In this document: in pieces, positions 14,274 to 29,316 of the stretch
Layout of the letters: the number at the start of each line of letters is the position of its first letter
Position numbering within the stretch: the first letter of the stretch is position 1
DNA from: Eledone cirrhosa
Taxonomy: Eukaryota
Direction: 5' to 3'
NCBI GenBank assembly: GCA_964016885.1
Contig: OZ024764.1
Coordinates: 9,672,001-9,736,000 of the forward strand
DNA: 64,000 nt
Notes under the pieces: generated by a model
Seen by the model: the letters and a program-made list of their open reading frames with translations, nothing else
The model's database searches: none
Told to the model about the DNA's origin: nothing
Program-made: the position numbers and the translations under genes

Positions 14274-16065
14274 CTATTAAATAGAACAAAAATAAATATA
14301 ATATATATATATATATATAGCTTAGAAATACTTACACCCACATAGACAGATGTGTATATATATATATGTATGTATGTATGTATATATGTCATCATCATCA
14401 TTTTACGTCCACTTTTCCCTGCTTGCAAGGGTAGGACGGGTCTTATTCAGCACAGCATCTCTCCACTTGTCACGGTCCTTTGTCATCTCCCCCGTGAGCT
14501 TCAGCGATCTGAGGTCAGCTCTCACCACCTCCGCCCATGTTTTTCGTGGGGTCTACCTCTACTGCGTCTTCCTTCAACTGGAATTTCTTGGCACTTCTTT
14601 ACCCATCAGTCATCTTCCATGCGTATCACATGTCCATACCATCTCAGTCTTCTCTCCCACACACCACAACCTATCCCTCTTATACACAGTTTCTCTCTCA
14701 ACACATCACATGTCCATACCATCTCAGTCTTCTCTCCCGCACACTACAACTTATCCCTCTTATACACAGTTTCTCTCTCAACACATCACATGTCCATACC
14801 ATCTCAGTCTTCTCTCCCGCACACCACAACTTATCCCTCTTATACACAGCTTCTCTTTCAACACATCACATGTCCATACCATCTCAGTCTTCTCTCCCGC
14901 ACACCACAACTTATCCCTCTTATACCCAGTTTCTCTCTCAACACATCACATGTCCATACCATCTCAGTCTTCCCTCCCACACACTACAACTTATCCCTCT
15001 TATACACAATTTCTCTCTCAACACATCACATGTCCATACCATCTCAGTCTTCTCTCCCACACACCACAACTTATCCCTCTTATACACAGTTTCTCTCTCA
15101 ACACACCACATGTCCATACCATCTCAGTCTTCCCTCCCGCACACTACAACTTATCCCTCTTATACACAGTTTCTCTCTCAACACATCACATGTCCATACC
15201 ATCTCACTCTTCTCTCCCTCATACCACAACTTATCCCTCTTATACCCAGTTTCTCTCTCAACACATCACATGTCCATACCATCTCAGTCTTCTCTCCCGC
15301 ACACTACATCCTATCCCTCTTATACACAGTTTCTCTCTCAACTCGCCTATGCTTGGTCATTCACACACATTGACATTGCACATCCAACGGAGCATGCTTG
15401 CTTCATTTCTCTCCAGCCGTCGCATATCCTCCACAACTGCTGCCCATGTCACACTACCATGCAGCATCGCGCATCTCACACAGGCATCATATAACCGGCC
15501 TTTCGTACGCAGGGAGACGGGTTAGACGGGAATTGTCCCACTTGAGGCAAGATTGGTCGGGTGACTTTGTCTTGCTCATATAGGACTATATATGATTGTG
15601 TATGTATATAAATATGATACAGATATGTATGTGCCAGTGAGTATAAATATATATATATACAGTACAGATGTGTATGTGTGTGTATAAATATATATATATG
15701 ATATATCATCATCATCATCATCATCATCACCGTTTTACGTCCGTTCTTCCACGCTAGCATGGGTTAGACGGGTTGTCCTGTTGTGGGCAGTGTCTGGTCG
15801 GCTGACCATGCCTTGCTCATACAGGAACTGATTTGGCTTGATTTCTACAGCTGGATGCCCTTCCTAACACCAACCTCATTTACAGTGAGTGCTGGGTGCT
15901 TTTTCGTGGCGCCTCCACGTCCACTTTACAGTGTGGGCTGGGTGCTTTTTTGTCGTGGCACCTCCACGACCACCTTGCAGTGGGGGGTGTGGGGGCATAT
16001 TGTCTATATGCTTCAGCTTGTACCCATGGGAGGTCGGGTACCCTGTATTACTGCGTGACGCCAGG

Positions 16066-16111
<46 letters not shown>

Positions 16112-19100
16112 TATATGGAGGCACATGGCTTAGTGGTTAGAGCATTGGCCTTGCAATCGAAAGGTTGTGAGTTCAATTCTCAGACCGGGTGATGTGTTGT
16201 TTCCTTGAGCAAGACACTTTATTTCACGTTGCTCTAGTTTACTCAGCTGTAGAAATGAGATGATAGGGACTGGGGTCCCTATCATTCCACTGTAAAGTGG
16301 TCGTGGAGGTGCCACGGCAAAAAAGCACCCATTCCACACTGTAAATGAGGTTGGTGTTAGGGAGGGCATCCAGCTGTAGAAATCAAGCCAGAGTCAGTTC
16401 CCGTCCCACCCTTGCAAGCAGGGAAAAGCAGACGTAAAATGAAATGATGATGATGATATATATTATATGTGTGAATGATGTAATTAAAAGACAGTGTGAC
16501 TCACCCCTCTGTCTGTAATTTCAGCTCTCTCTATCTTCCAGGACAAATTTTCAACCTCTGCCTCCAACTGGGCCTGTTGATATTCAAACTAGGGAGAGAG
16601 AGAGATATAGATAGATAGATATATATGTAGTGGGATAGAGAGGGAGAGAGAGTAGGAGATATAGTGAGATATATATATAGAGAGTAGGAGATATAGTGAG
16701 ATATATATAGAGAGAGTAGGAGATATAGTGAGATATATATATAGAGAGAGTAGGAGATATAGTGAGATATATATATAGAGAGAGTAGGAGATATAGTGAG
16801 ATATATATAGAGAGAGTAGGAGATATGGTGAGATATATATAGAGAGAGTAGGAGATATGGTGAGATATATATAGAGAGAGTAGGAGATATGGTGAGATAT
16901 ATATAGAGAGAGTAGGAGATAAGGTGAGATATATATAGAGAGAGTAGGAGATATGGTGAGATATATATAGAGAGAGTAGGAGATATGGTGAGATATATAT
17001 AGAGAGAGTAGGAGATATGGTGAGATATATATAGAGAGAGTAGGAGATATGGTGAGATATATATAGAGAGAGTAGGAGATATGGTGAGATATATATAGAG
17101 AGAGTAGGAGATATGGTGAGATATATATAGAGAGAGTAGGAGATATGGTGAGATATATATAGAGAGAGTAGGAGATATAGTGAGATATATATAGAGAGAG
17201 TAGGAGATATGGTGAGATATATATAGAGAGAGAGAGTAGGAGATATGGTGAGATATATATAGAGAGAGTAGGAGATATAGTGAGATATATATATAGAGAG
17301 AGTAGGAGATATATATATAGAGAGAGAGTAGGAGATATAGTGAGATATATATAGAGAGAGAGAGTAGGAGATATAGTGAGATATATATAGAGAGAGTAGG
17401 AGATATGGTGAGATATATATAGAGAGAGTAGGAGATATGGTGAGATATATATAGAGAGAGTAGGAGATAGAGATATATATAGAGAGAGTAGGAGATATGG
17501 TGAGATATATATAGAGAGAGTAGGAGATATGGTGTGATATATATAGAGAGAGTAGGAGATATAGTGAGATATATATAGAGAGAGTAGGAGATATGGTGAG
17601 ATATATATAGAGAGAGTAGGAGATATGGTGAGATATATATAGAGAGAGTAGGAGATATGGTGAGATATATATAGAGAGAGTAGGAGATATGGTGAGATAT
17701 ATATAGAGAGAGTAGGAGATATGGTGAGATATATATAGAGAGAGTAGGAGATATGGTGAGATATATATAGAGAGAGTAGGAGATATGGTGAGATATATAT
17801 AGAGAGAGTAGGAGATATGGTGAGATATATATAGAGAGAGTAGGAGATATGGTGAGATATATATAGAGAGAGTAGGAGATATGGTGAGATATATATAGAG
17901 AGAGTAGGAGATATGGTGAGATATATATAGAGAGAGTAGGAGATATGGTGAGATATATATAGAGAGAGTAGGAGATATGGTGAGATATATATAGAGAGAG
18001 TAGGAGATATGGTGAGATATATATAGAGAGAGTAGGAGATATAGTGAGATATATATATAGAGAGAGTAGGAGATATATATAGAGAGAGAGAGTAGGAGAT
18101 ATAGTGAGATATATATAGAGAGAGAGAGTAGGAGATATAGTGAGATATATATAGAGAGAGTAGGAGATATGGTGAGATATATATAGAGAGAGTAGGAGAT
18201 ATGGTGAGATATATATAGAGAGAGTAGGAGATATGGTGAGATATATATATATAGAGAGAGAGAGAGTAGGAGATATGGTCAGAGGAGTTGTAGTGAGAGA
18301 GAGAGAGAGAAATAATTGTTTCTACTATTGGCACAAGGCCAGCAATTACCCAGCGTATTACTGGTACTTTGTTTTATCAATCCCTTAAGGATGAAAGGCA
18401 AAGTTAACCTCGGCAGATTTGAACTCAGAATGGCCAGGGCCGTGTTTATAAAGGGCCGTAACTCTATGCCTCAAAGCATGGCGTCCGACTCTCTACCGAT
18501 ACTGCCAATCCACATAATAATCGTTTCTACTTTTGACACAAGGCCAGAAATTACCCCAGTACATTACTGGTACTTTATTTTATCGACCCCATAAGGATGA
18601 AAGGCAACGTAAAGGGACGTAACTCTATGCCACAGAGCATATTGTCAAGTGCTCTACTGATCCTGCTGCCAATCCACCGCCATTGGTACAATAATAATAA
18701 TAATAATTGTTTCTACTTTTGGCACAAGGGGCCAGCAATTACCCCAGTACATTACTGGTACTTTATTTTATCGACCCCGTAAGGATGAAAGGCAAAGTTA
18801 ACCTCGGCTGGATTTGAACTCAGACCGCAAAGGGCCATAACTCTATACTGCAAAGCTTGGCGTCTGACTTTCTACCGATTCTGCTAATAATGATTTCTTT
18901 ATTAACCACAAGGGTTTACATAAAGTAGACATTAAGGACAGTGCAGGACAATGCAGGACGGTACAAATGGGCATTTCTGCGTGTAAAAAACAAAAACAGA
19001 GGATGTAACAAAAATAACAATGAAAATAACAATGAAAAATTCCCCAATAGGGGGGAGACTTCGGAGGGACATTTGTGGAGAAAGCCCAGTAAAAAGCCAC

Positions 19101-21128
19101 AATGACCCTGACCACCAAGGCAAGTGCCCTCTCCCAGTTTTCTACCTTTAATTTACAGATATATGCTCAGAGTAGGCCCATTCACTCGGGCCATACTTGC
19201 CTCTCTCACCCATCTTTCAACAAAATGCTGGGAAGAGAGCACCTCCCTCTCTACCCTGATTTTCCTTTTCAAATGAAATTTGAAAAAGTCAATCAGGGCA
19301 TCACCGAAGAGGTAAGTGCTCGTCTTCAGCCCTTTCAAACGTGTCCACCATACTATCTCTTTCACCATGGCCACCAGGCAGATAAAAACTGCCTGCCCTT
19401 CCCGGCTAAAGGAGGAGGGCGGGGCAATCCTCACGATGGACTCAGCTGATAGTCGGATCCGTTCTACACGCGACAGCAGGTGTTCGACATAAACCCACAA
19501 GTCAGCAATGCTCGGACACTGGACGAGTGCGTGCAGGACGGTTTCGTCGCCCTGCGCACATCTCGGACATGCCCGGCTGACGGCACCTCCATGCCTGTAG
19601 AGTTTATCCCGAACTGGCAAAGCTGCTCGGTAGCACTGCCAGGCCAGAGATTTCTGGAAGTTGTCCATAGGCCCTGGCCCGAAAGTTCTTCCGAAGAGAT
19701 TGGCTAGTTGATTTTCGTCGACGCCTAGAGTTTCCCCAAGTATGTCGTCGCTCTTCCCCTCCACTAATCCTCTATAGAACGCCGAGGTGGAGTTTCCACC
19801 GATCACATTGCCCGATTGGTCGAGGGCTGTGAGCGCCTGAAGACATTCCAGTCTCCAGGCGCTCCCTCTCGGTCTTCGCTTGACCCAGGACTGCAGCTCC
19901 GTCAAGGAAACGAGCTGGGGAAAAACGCGTCTAGCAAACGGCGACCACACCTGATCACCGTCGAGGAAGAGGTGGAGATGTCGTAGCCTGAGCGCGTGCC
20001 TGCGCATCATCAGCCACGGCATGCCCAGCCCTCCACGTAGCGGGTGTTGACAACAGATGGACCGCCTGACCATCGGAGCACGTCCCTTCCACAAAAAGCG
20101 AAAGAGCAAACGCTCCAGCGCAGTCAGGCGAGGCTTAGGACAAGGTACGACGGTCAGGCGGTAGCAGATGACAGACGCGATGTACGCGTTAGCCACCTCC
20201 GCTCGACCTTTCAGGGATAGCTTCCTCTCCACCCATTTCTGGGTGAGAGAAGCCACCCTGCTCGTCACCTCGTCCCAGTTTTTGTCCGTCTGGAGGTCCA
20301 GACCGAACCAGACCCCTAACCGATTCTGCTAATAATAATAATAATTGTTTCTACTTTTGACACAAGGGGCCAGAAATTACCCAGTGTATTACTGGTACTT
20401 TATTTTGGCACAAGGGGCCAACAATTACCCCAGTGCATTACTGGTACTTTATTTTATCGACCCCGTAAGGATGAAAGGCAAAGTTAACCTCGGCTGGATT
20501 TGAACTCAGACCGTAAAGGGCCATAACTCTATACTGCAAAGCTTGGCGTCTGACTTTCTACCGATTCTGCTAATAATAATAATAATTGTTTCTACTTTTG
20601 GCACAAGGGGCCAGCAATTACCCCAGTGCATTACTGGTACTTTATTTTGGCACAAGGGGCCAGCAATTACCCCAGTGCATTACTGGTACTTTATTTTGGC
20701 ACAAGGGGCCAGCAATTACCCCAGTGCATTACTGGTACTTTATTTTGGCACAAGGGGCCAGCAATTACCCCAGTGCATTACTGGTACTTTATTTTGGCAC
20801 AAGGGGCCAGCAATTACCCCAGTGTATTACTGGTACTTTATTTTATCGACCCCGTAAGGATGAAAGGCAAAGTTAACCTCGGCGGGATTCGAACTCAGAA
20901 TAATAATAATAATAATAATGTCACTCACCAGCTCCTTTCTTGCCCCTTTATCCATATAATAGGCGTACGGGTAGGTGTACTGCAAAGTGTACCGACACTG
21001 TAACAACAACAACAACAACAGTATTAGAGTATGTAACTATCCAGAGAAGAGATTCATCATCATCATCATCATCATTTAAGGTTCATCTTCCACGCTAGCA
21101 TGGGTTGGACAGGTTTGTCCCATTTAGA

Positions 21129-21161
<33 letters not shown>

Positions 21162-21590
21162 GTCAAGTTGGGTTGGGTGGCCGTGTCTCGCTCTTGTACG
21201 TGTGTATGTGTGTGTGTGTGTATGTACTCATGTATATGTGTGTGTGTGTGTGTGTGTATGTATATATATGTGTGTGTATATATATATATGTATGTGTGTA
21301 TATATATGTATGTGTATATGTGTGTATATGTATATATGTGTATATATATATATGTGTGTATATGTATATATATGTGTGTATATATATATATATATATGTG
21401 TGTGTGTATGTGTGTATACATGTATGTATATATGTACATTATATATATATATATATATACATGTATGTATATATGTACATATATACACACATACATATAT
21501 ATATATAGATACACATACATATATACACACACATATACATGTATGTGTGTGTATATGTATGTGTATATGTATGTATATATGTATGTGTGC

Positions 21591-21646
<56 letters not shown>

Positions 21647-24600
21647 ATATATCTACATGTGTATATATATGTATATATGTATGTGTCTATATGTACATGT
21701 GTGTGTACACATATATATATATAAATGTGTGTGTGCGTACATATGTATATATGTACATATGTATATACAAGTATGTATGTACAGATATATATGTATGTTG
21801 TTTTTCAGCGTAACTAGTAACATATAACCCCGAGACACTTGTCAACAGTTTCAGGTAGTTATAAAGGTGTTAACAAGATACCTTCTTCAACAGAGCTGCA
21901 GCATCAAGCAGATATTGCCAATCTATCCAAGTTCCAGAGTTGTTCATCACTTTATCTTGAATTCTACTTTTGATGCTGGTTAGGGTCTGCTCTTCCAATT
22001 TCAAGCTTTTCGCGTGGTTATCCCACTGTGGCAGAGACATGAGAGAACGGACACAGATATATAGATACCATATAAATATAGATTTAGCAAGCATCGCATT
22101 TCGGCGGGTAGAAAAGGCGAAACGAAACGCAAAAATCAGAAATAATTGTTTCTACTTTAGGCACAAGGCCAGCAATTACCCAGTACATTACTGGTACTTT
22201 ATTTTATCGACCCTGTAAGGATGAAAGGCAAAGTTAACCTCGGCGGGATTTGAACTCAGAATGTAAAGGGACGTAACTATGCTAGAAAGCATGGCGTCCC
22301 ACCCTCTACCGATACTGCCAATTCACAGAAATAATTGTTTCTACTTTTGGCACAAGGTCAGGAATGATCCCAGTGTATTACTGGTACTTTATTTCATCGA
22401 CCCCCGTAAGGATGAAAGGCAAAGTTAACCTCGGCAGGATTTGAACTCAGACCATAAAGGGCCGTAACTCTTTGCTGCAAAGCAAGGCGTCCGACTCTCT
22501 ACTGATTCAGCCTTAACCGATTCTGCTAATTCACAGAAATAATGATGGCAAGCGCTCCATAGTTAAAAAACCAGAGCTAAACAATATGTTAAGAGGCCAT
22601 ACAAAACTGAAATAGTGGTCAAGAAAGCATCAACCACCTAAGCCAAAAATCAAATCAAGCTAAACAGGTCAAAACAAAATAAATGATAAAAAAAAATGAT
22701 GAAAAAAAAAAAATCAATGATAAAAAAGGCCATATCACGCTGTAAACACTGGTTCTCGTCCGATCACCAAAGTTAAGCAACGTCAAGCCTAGTTAGTACT
22801 TAGATGGGTGACCGCTTGGGAACCCTAGGTGCCGTAAGCATTTACTGATATATACCATATATATAACCAGAGTTTATATGGTTCGTTGATTATTCAACGA
22901 ATACAACTTTACAATAGATTAGAAGCATTCGACAGAAAGTTTTCTGGAGTATCTATAATGTTATTCAAAATATTAATAAATGAAAAATATTCTCATAATC
23001 AAAATATATATTTTATTATACATATTTCAAAGGTACTATGGTGTTTAAGTACGTTTTCATCAGACAAAATATGAGAGATTGAATATGCAACATACCGCTA
23101 CGGTTTTGATTATTCAATTCCAATAGTGGTAGTATTGGAATTGAATAATCAAAACCATAATGGTGTGTCGTATATCCAATCTCTCGTATATTTTGTCTGA
23201 TGAAAACATACTTAATCACCGTACTTATACACTGTACTTAAAAAGGTTTCAAAAGAAATGTGCCATTGTGCCAGGCCCAAGGCAGGCCGGCAGGCCAAAG
23301 TGCAAATCTCACCGTTACATATTGTTTGTGGCGTTCCTTCGGAGTTCAAGCAGCAAGAGAGAGATTTCTCAAATCAAAGTGGGAATTTTTCCCTCAGGGC
23401 GCGTAGAGATACATTCTCTTCTACTGGCACTGATTGGCTGAGCTGAGCCAAATCACGCACAGAGAATGTATGTAAGCCCGCGGAATGTAGGTCACTACAC
23501 TCATATATTTTGTCTGATGAAAACGTACTGAAACACCATTGTATAAAACACCATTTGTATAAAATCAATATATATATATACAGAGAGACTATATATATAT
23601 ATATACACACACACTGCATGTGTGCGTATATATATATATATATATATAAAGAAAACAGGAAACAGAAAAAAGGGGTAGATAGGAAAGTTGTTGCTGTATA
23701 AGAGATGTTTAAGAGTTAAAATATATCTGAGAACAAGGAAAACCAACTGACCCTTTCAAAGTAGAAGAGGTATTTCTTAAGGGCTTCCCTTGCCTGTGCA
23801 TGGGCAGATTCATTAGCGATATTAGGGTTTTCTTTATAGCGACTGCATTCATAATATTCACTACCATGGGTTTTCCAATCTGTAACAGAAAAATGGGATT
23901 AACTTGGAACATAATTAAATTTAGGGGTCACATTTATGTACGTTTTTGGGGGGTCGTAATGATAGGGACCCTTACAAGGTTGTCTGCGAAAATACAATAG
24001 TATATATAGAGTAATGTAAATGTTATGTGAGGTAAAGCCTTTACTGTGAAAATACAATAGTATATATAGAGTAATGTAAATGTAATGTGAGATATTATGT
24101 GAGGTAAAGCCTTTACTGTGACAATACAATAGTATATATAGAGTAATGTAAATGTTATGTGAGATATTATGTGAGGTAAAGCCTTTACTGTGAAAATACA
24201 ATAGTATATATAGAGTAATGTAAATGTTATGTGAGATATTATGTGTGGTAAAGCCTTTACTGTGCCAATACAATAGTATATATAGAGTAATGTAAATGTT
24301 ATGTGAGATATTATGTGAGGTAAAGCCTTTACTGTGACAATACAATAGTATATATAGAGTAATGTAAATGTTATGTGAGATATTATGTGAGGTAAAGCCT
24401 TTACTGTGAAAATACAATAGTATATATAGAGTAATGTAAATGTTATGTGAGATATTATGTGAGGTAAAGCCTTTACTGTGAAAATACAATAGTATATATA
24501 GAGTAATGTAAATGCTATGTGAGATATTATGTGAGGTAAAGCCTTTACTGTGAAAATACAATAGTATATATAGAGTAATGTAAATGTTATGTGAGATATT

Positions 24601-27600
24601 ATGTGAGGTAAAGCCTTTACTGTGAAAATACAATAGTATATATAGAGTAATGTAAATGTTATGTGAGATATTATGTGAGGTAAAGCCTTTACTGTGAAAA
24701 TACAATAGTATATATAGAGTAATGTAAATGTTATGTGAGATATTATGTGAGGTAAAGCCTTTACTGTGAAAATACAATAGTATATATAGAGTAATGTAAA
24801 TATTATGTGAGATATTATGTGAGGTAAAGCCTTTACTGTGAAAATACAATAGTATATATAGAGTAATGTAAATATTAAAGGTTTAATGATAGGGACCCCA
24901 GTCCTATCATGTTGTCACAGCTCACACCTATGTAGGTTTAGCTGGACTCCGACAAGGTTGTATCTCATAAGAGGTTTCTTGGGTGTTTTAATGATAGGGG
25001 ACCCCAGTCCTATCATGTTATTACTGCTCACACCTGGGGAGGGGGGAAAGTCGATTAAATTGACGCCAGTGCATTACTGGTACTTTATTTTATCGATCCC
25101 GTAAGGATGAAAGGCACGATTGACCTCGGTGGGAATTGAATTCAGAACCTAAAAGGACCTAACTCTATGTCCGATGCTCTACCAATTTAGCTAATCCACT
25201 GCCCTAATAAGAATAATGATAATAATAATATTGAACTTACCTCCTAAACACATCCAGCAAAAATCATGCTTGCATCGTGAACATTGCTGTAGATAAAGAA
25301 TTAGATATATATATATATATATATATGTGGTTTTTTTTGGTTGTAACTTCTCTGTTTTTTAGCCTAGGAAAATATTTATATATATGCCTACGTATATAAT
25401 TACATGCATATATGTATTTATTTTCTTTTATTAATTGAGTTCTTTACACGAGGAATTAATATTGGTTTTGAAATAACTAATTAACCCGCGTGTGTTTTAA
25501 ATTTTACTCTTAATAATTCGGCCGGAGAATTATATTCCCATTTGCCCTTTATAGCATAACTTTCTGCATTTACTGCGGTTATGAGAAGCGGTTCTTATTC
25601 GGGTACAACTTCTGATTTAGCCTAAGAAAGTATCTAGATGCGTGTGTAATTTATACAAGCATATATTTATTTTTTTTATTTTCAATTGAGTTCTTAAACA
25701 CGTTGGATTGATAATGTTTTCAAAAAAACTAATTAACCCGCGTGTATATTATTTTTTTTCCTCATTTCGTGGGTTGTCTCCCCTTCCCGCTTCATGTCGC
25801 TATGATACTTCCTCAGTCAAAAACTGCTGGAATTTCAAATTTGGCGGTCATTCGAGGTGAGAGAGAGCATCTTTACGGATATGATTTTTGACAGCGGTAA
25901 GAAATTGTTTTCTTATATCAATGTTTAATGGGCTTCCACTGATGATTTATAAGTGCCCACCTAAATATATTCTTACATGAATATATATTAGGCTTCTACA
26001 TAAACTGGAAACATTCTCCTAAATTTGTAGAAAACTTATAATGAAACAATTGTTTGGAAAGAGAGATATACTTTAACTTTAATTATATCTCATAAAATAA
26101 TACAACTGGTTTTTCCACATTATTCATATTGTTAGCACCCCAAACACTTAAATTGGGTTTATATTTTAATATAACCTAATGTTTGTTGAGTGAGATGGTT
26201 ACCAGTCAGAGTTTAGCTTTAAACTATCTCTGTTATTGTATTAATTATATATATATATATATATATATAAAAAGCAAAAGAGAAAGGAAAAAACAGTCCA
26301 CGCTGTAATGTGGCTGTGTAGGTAACAAGGTAAAAAGCTCCCAGTTCCACACTGTAAATGTGGTTGGTGTTAGGCAGGGCATCAAACTGTAGAAAACTTG
26401 CCATATACTCCCATATGAGCAAGACACGGTCACCCGACCAACCTTGCCTCAAGTGGGACAACTCCCGTCTAACCCATGCTAGCGTGGAAGATAGACGTTA
26501 AACTATGATGATGATGATGATGATGATACATGTCAGTATTTAAACCCAGGTAAGTGATAATGAGTGACGTAGTGTTCATTTATCAAATAATGTTAGTTAA
26601 GACAGGATTAAATCACCATAATTTTTTACTGCATTATATATATTTACAGTGATGGAAGCCTTGGAGTGGGGAGACCCAAAAAGACCTGGGATGAGGTGAT
26701 AAAAGTCGACCTTACCCAAGTGCACCTCTCAAAGGCGATAATGCAGGACTGTGACCTGTGGCGTCACGCAGTAATACAGTAGACCCGACCCCCCCCCCAC
26801 AAGTACAAGCCAAAGCTGAAGCATATAGACAATATGCCCCCACCCCCTCCCACTGCAAAGTGGTTGTGGAGGTGCCACGACAAAAAAGCACCCAGCCCAC
26901 ACTGTAAAGTGGTCGTGGCGGTGCCACGGCAAAAAAGCACCCAGCACTCACTGTAAATGAGGTTGGTGTTAGGAAGAGCATCCAGCTGTAGAAATCAAGC
27001 CAGAATTCCCGGATGAGCAAGACAAAGTCAGCCGACTTGACACTACTCACAACAGGACAACCCGTCTAACCCATGCTAGCGTGGAATTCTATTATAACGA
27101 AATTCACGGGGTATTATAAAAATTTGTTGGAACGAATCATTCTTTATAACGAGATCGACGTAACACATCAAGCATGAGGCTAGGGATTTTAAAAAATTTC
27201 GTTATAACGAAATTTTACCTGTATACACACACGCACACATCATCATCATCATACATCTGCTTTTCCCTGCTTGCAAGGGTGGCACGGGTCTTATTCAGCA
27301 CAGCACCTCTCCACTTGTCACGGTCCTTCGTCATCTCCTGTGAGCTTCATCGATCTGAGGTCAGCTCTCACCACCTCCGCCCATGATTTTCGTGGTCTTC
27401 CTCTACTGCATCTTCCTTCCACTGGGATTTCTTGGCACTTCTTCACCCAGCGGTCATCTTCCATGCGCATCACATGTCCATACCAACGCAGTCTTGTCTC
27501 CCACACACTACAGTTTATCCCTCTTATACACAGTTTCTCTCTCAACACATCACATGTCCATACCAACGCAGTCTTCTCTCCCACACACTACAGTTTATCC

Positions 27601-28619
27601 CTCTTATACACAGTTTCTCTCTCAACACATCACATGTCCATACCATCGCAGTCTTCTCTCCCACACACTACAGTTTATCCCTCTTATACACAGTTTCTCT
27701 CTCAACACATCACATGTCCATACCAACGCAGTCTTCTCTCCCACACACTACAGTTTATCCCTCTTATACAGTTTCTCTCTCAGCTCATCCATGCTTGGTT
27801 GTTAACGCACATTCACATTGCACATATATATGTATGTGTGTAAACCCTAATACGTACCATATGATTACATCCACCATTTTTCTCTATACAAACATGACAT
27901 CTTGGACACTGAAAAGAAAAGAAAAGAAAATATAGAAAAACTGAAATATATAAAAATAATAATCTTTTTTTTTTATTATTATTATTATTTAGATACTTTG
28001 AATTGTTCTCCTACAAAAGACTGCCTTGCTGGTCACTGTATATATATACCCAGGAAGAAAGTACTGTCTGGTTACGGTCCTTGTTGAGACTGGACAGGAC
28101 TGTAGAAAGTTCCGGTAAGCATAATTGTTTCTACTTTTGGCACAAGGCCAGCAATTACCCCAGTGCATTACTGGTACTTCATTTTATCGACCCCGTAAGG
28201 ATGAAAGGCAAAGTTAACCTCGACGGGATTTGAACTCAGAATGGCAAGGGCCGTAACTCTATACGTCAAAGCATGGCAACCGACCCTCTACCGATACTGC
28301 CAATCTACCGTTCCGGTAAATATAATATTTACTGCATAAATTTTTGATAACAACAACAACAATAATAATAATAATAATACTGATAATGGTTTCTTATATA
28401 GTCTTATATCTTTAGTGTATGTGTAAGAGAGAAAGAGAAATACAGAGATAGAGAGATTATATCCTAAACGGACGGTAGTCCGTTTAGTAATATTGTTGTG
28501 GTCGTGTTTTCGTTGGCAATCGTCTGTTTACGACAGTACAGCGCGGCTCTACTTTATTTAACTGAGATAAAACTTATATGAGCATGAACAGTAGATCATT
28601 ACGCATCTTTTGGCTTAAA

Positions 28620-28658
<39 letters not shown>

Positions 28659-29087
28659 GATAATTAAATTTGCCAAGGTAAAATTCTATCGTTATCTTGG
28701 CATCTTTAATTTTCTAATGCACTGTATGGCTTTTAAAATTATATTTAAATTTATATTTCCTGTTCAACAAGGTTTCAACAACTGATATATATATATATAT
28801 ATATATCGAAAGGTTGTGAGTTCAATTCTCAGACCGGGTGATGTGTTGTTTCTTTGAGCAAGACACTTTATTTCACGTTGCTCCAGTTTACTCAGCTGTA
28901 GAAATGAGATGATAGGGACTGGGGTCCCTATCATTCCACTGCAAAGTGGTCATGGAGGTGCCACGGCAAAAAAGCACCCATCACTCACTGTAAATGAGGT
29001 TGGTGTTAGAAATCAAGCCAGAATCAGTTCCCGTCTCACCCTTGCAAGCAGGGAAAAGTGGACGTAAAATGAAATGATGAAATGAAA

Positions 29088-29122
<35 letters not shown>

Positions 29123-29269
29123 GAAATGACAGGAGGCTGGACGTAATGGCACCAACTACAAAAACAAAGACGGTTGAACTGCTTTACGTTGAGTACTCTC
29201 TATATTATTGCATTACGATTGACCATACGGAATAGACCAGCTCTATACAGTGGTGAACCTTAAACCTGA

Positions 29270-29316
<47 letters not shown>

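Noticed and set aside
14350-15525. Overlapping 280-390-aa ORFs (also 52862-53945 and 45150-46924)
   Set aside because: Antisense frames of LINE-derived arrays, or microsatellite-derived arrays
16589-18334. 581-aa ORF
   Set aside because: Stop-free frame of a 32-bp intronic minisatellite
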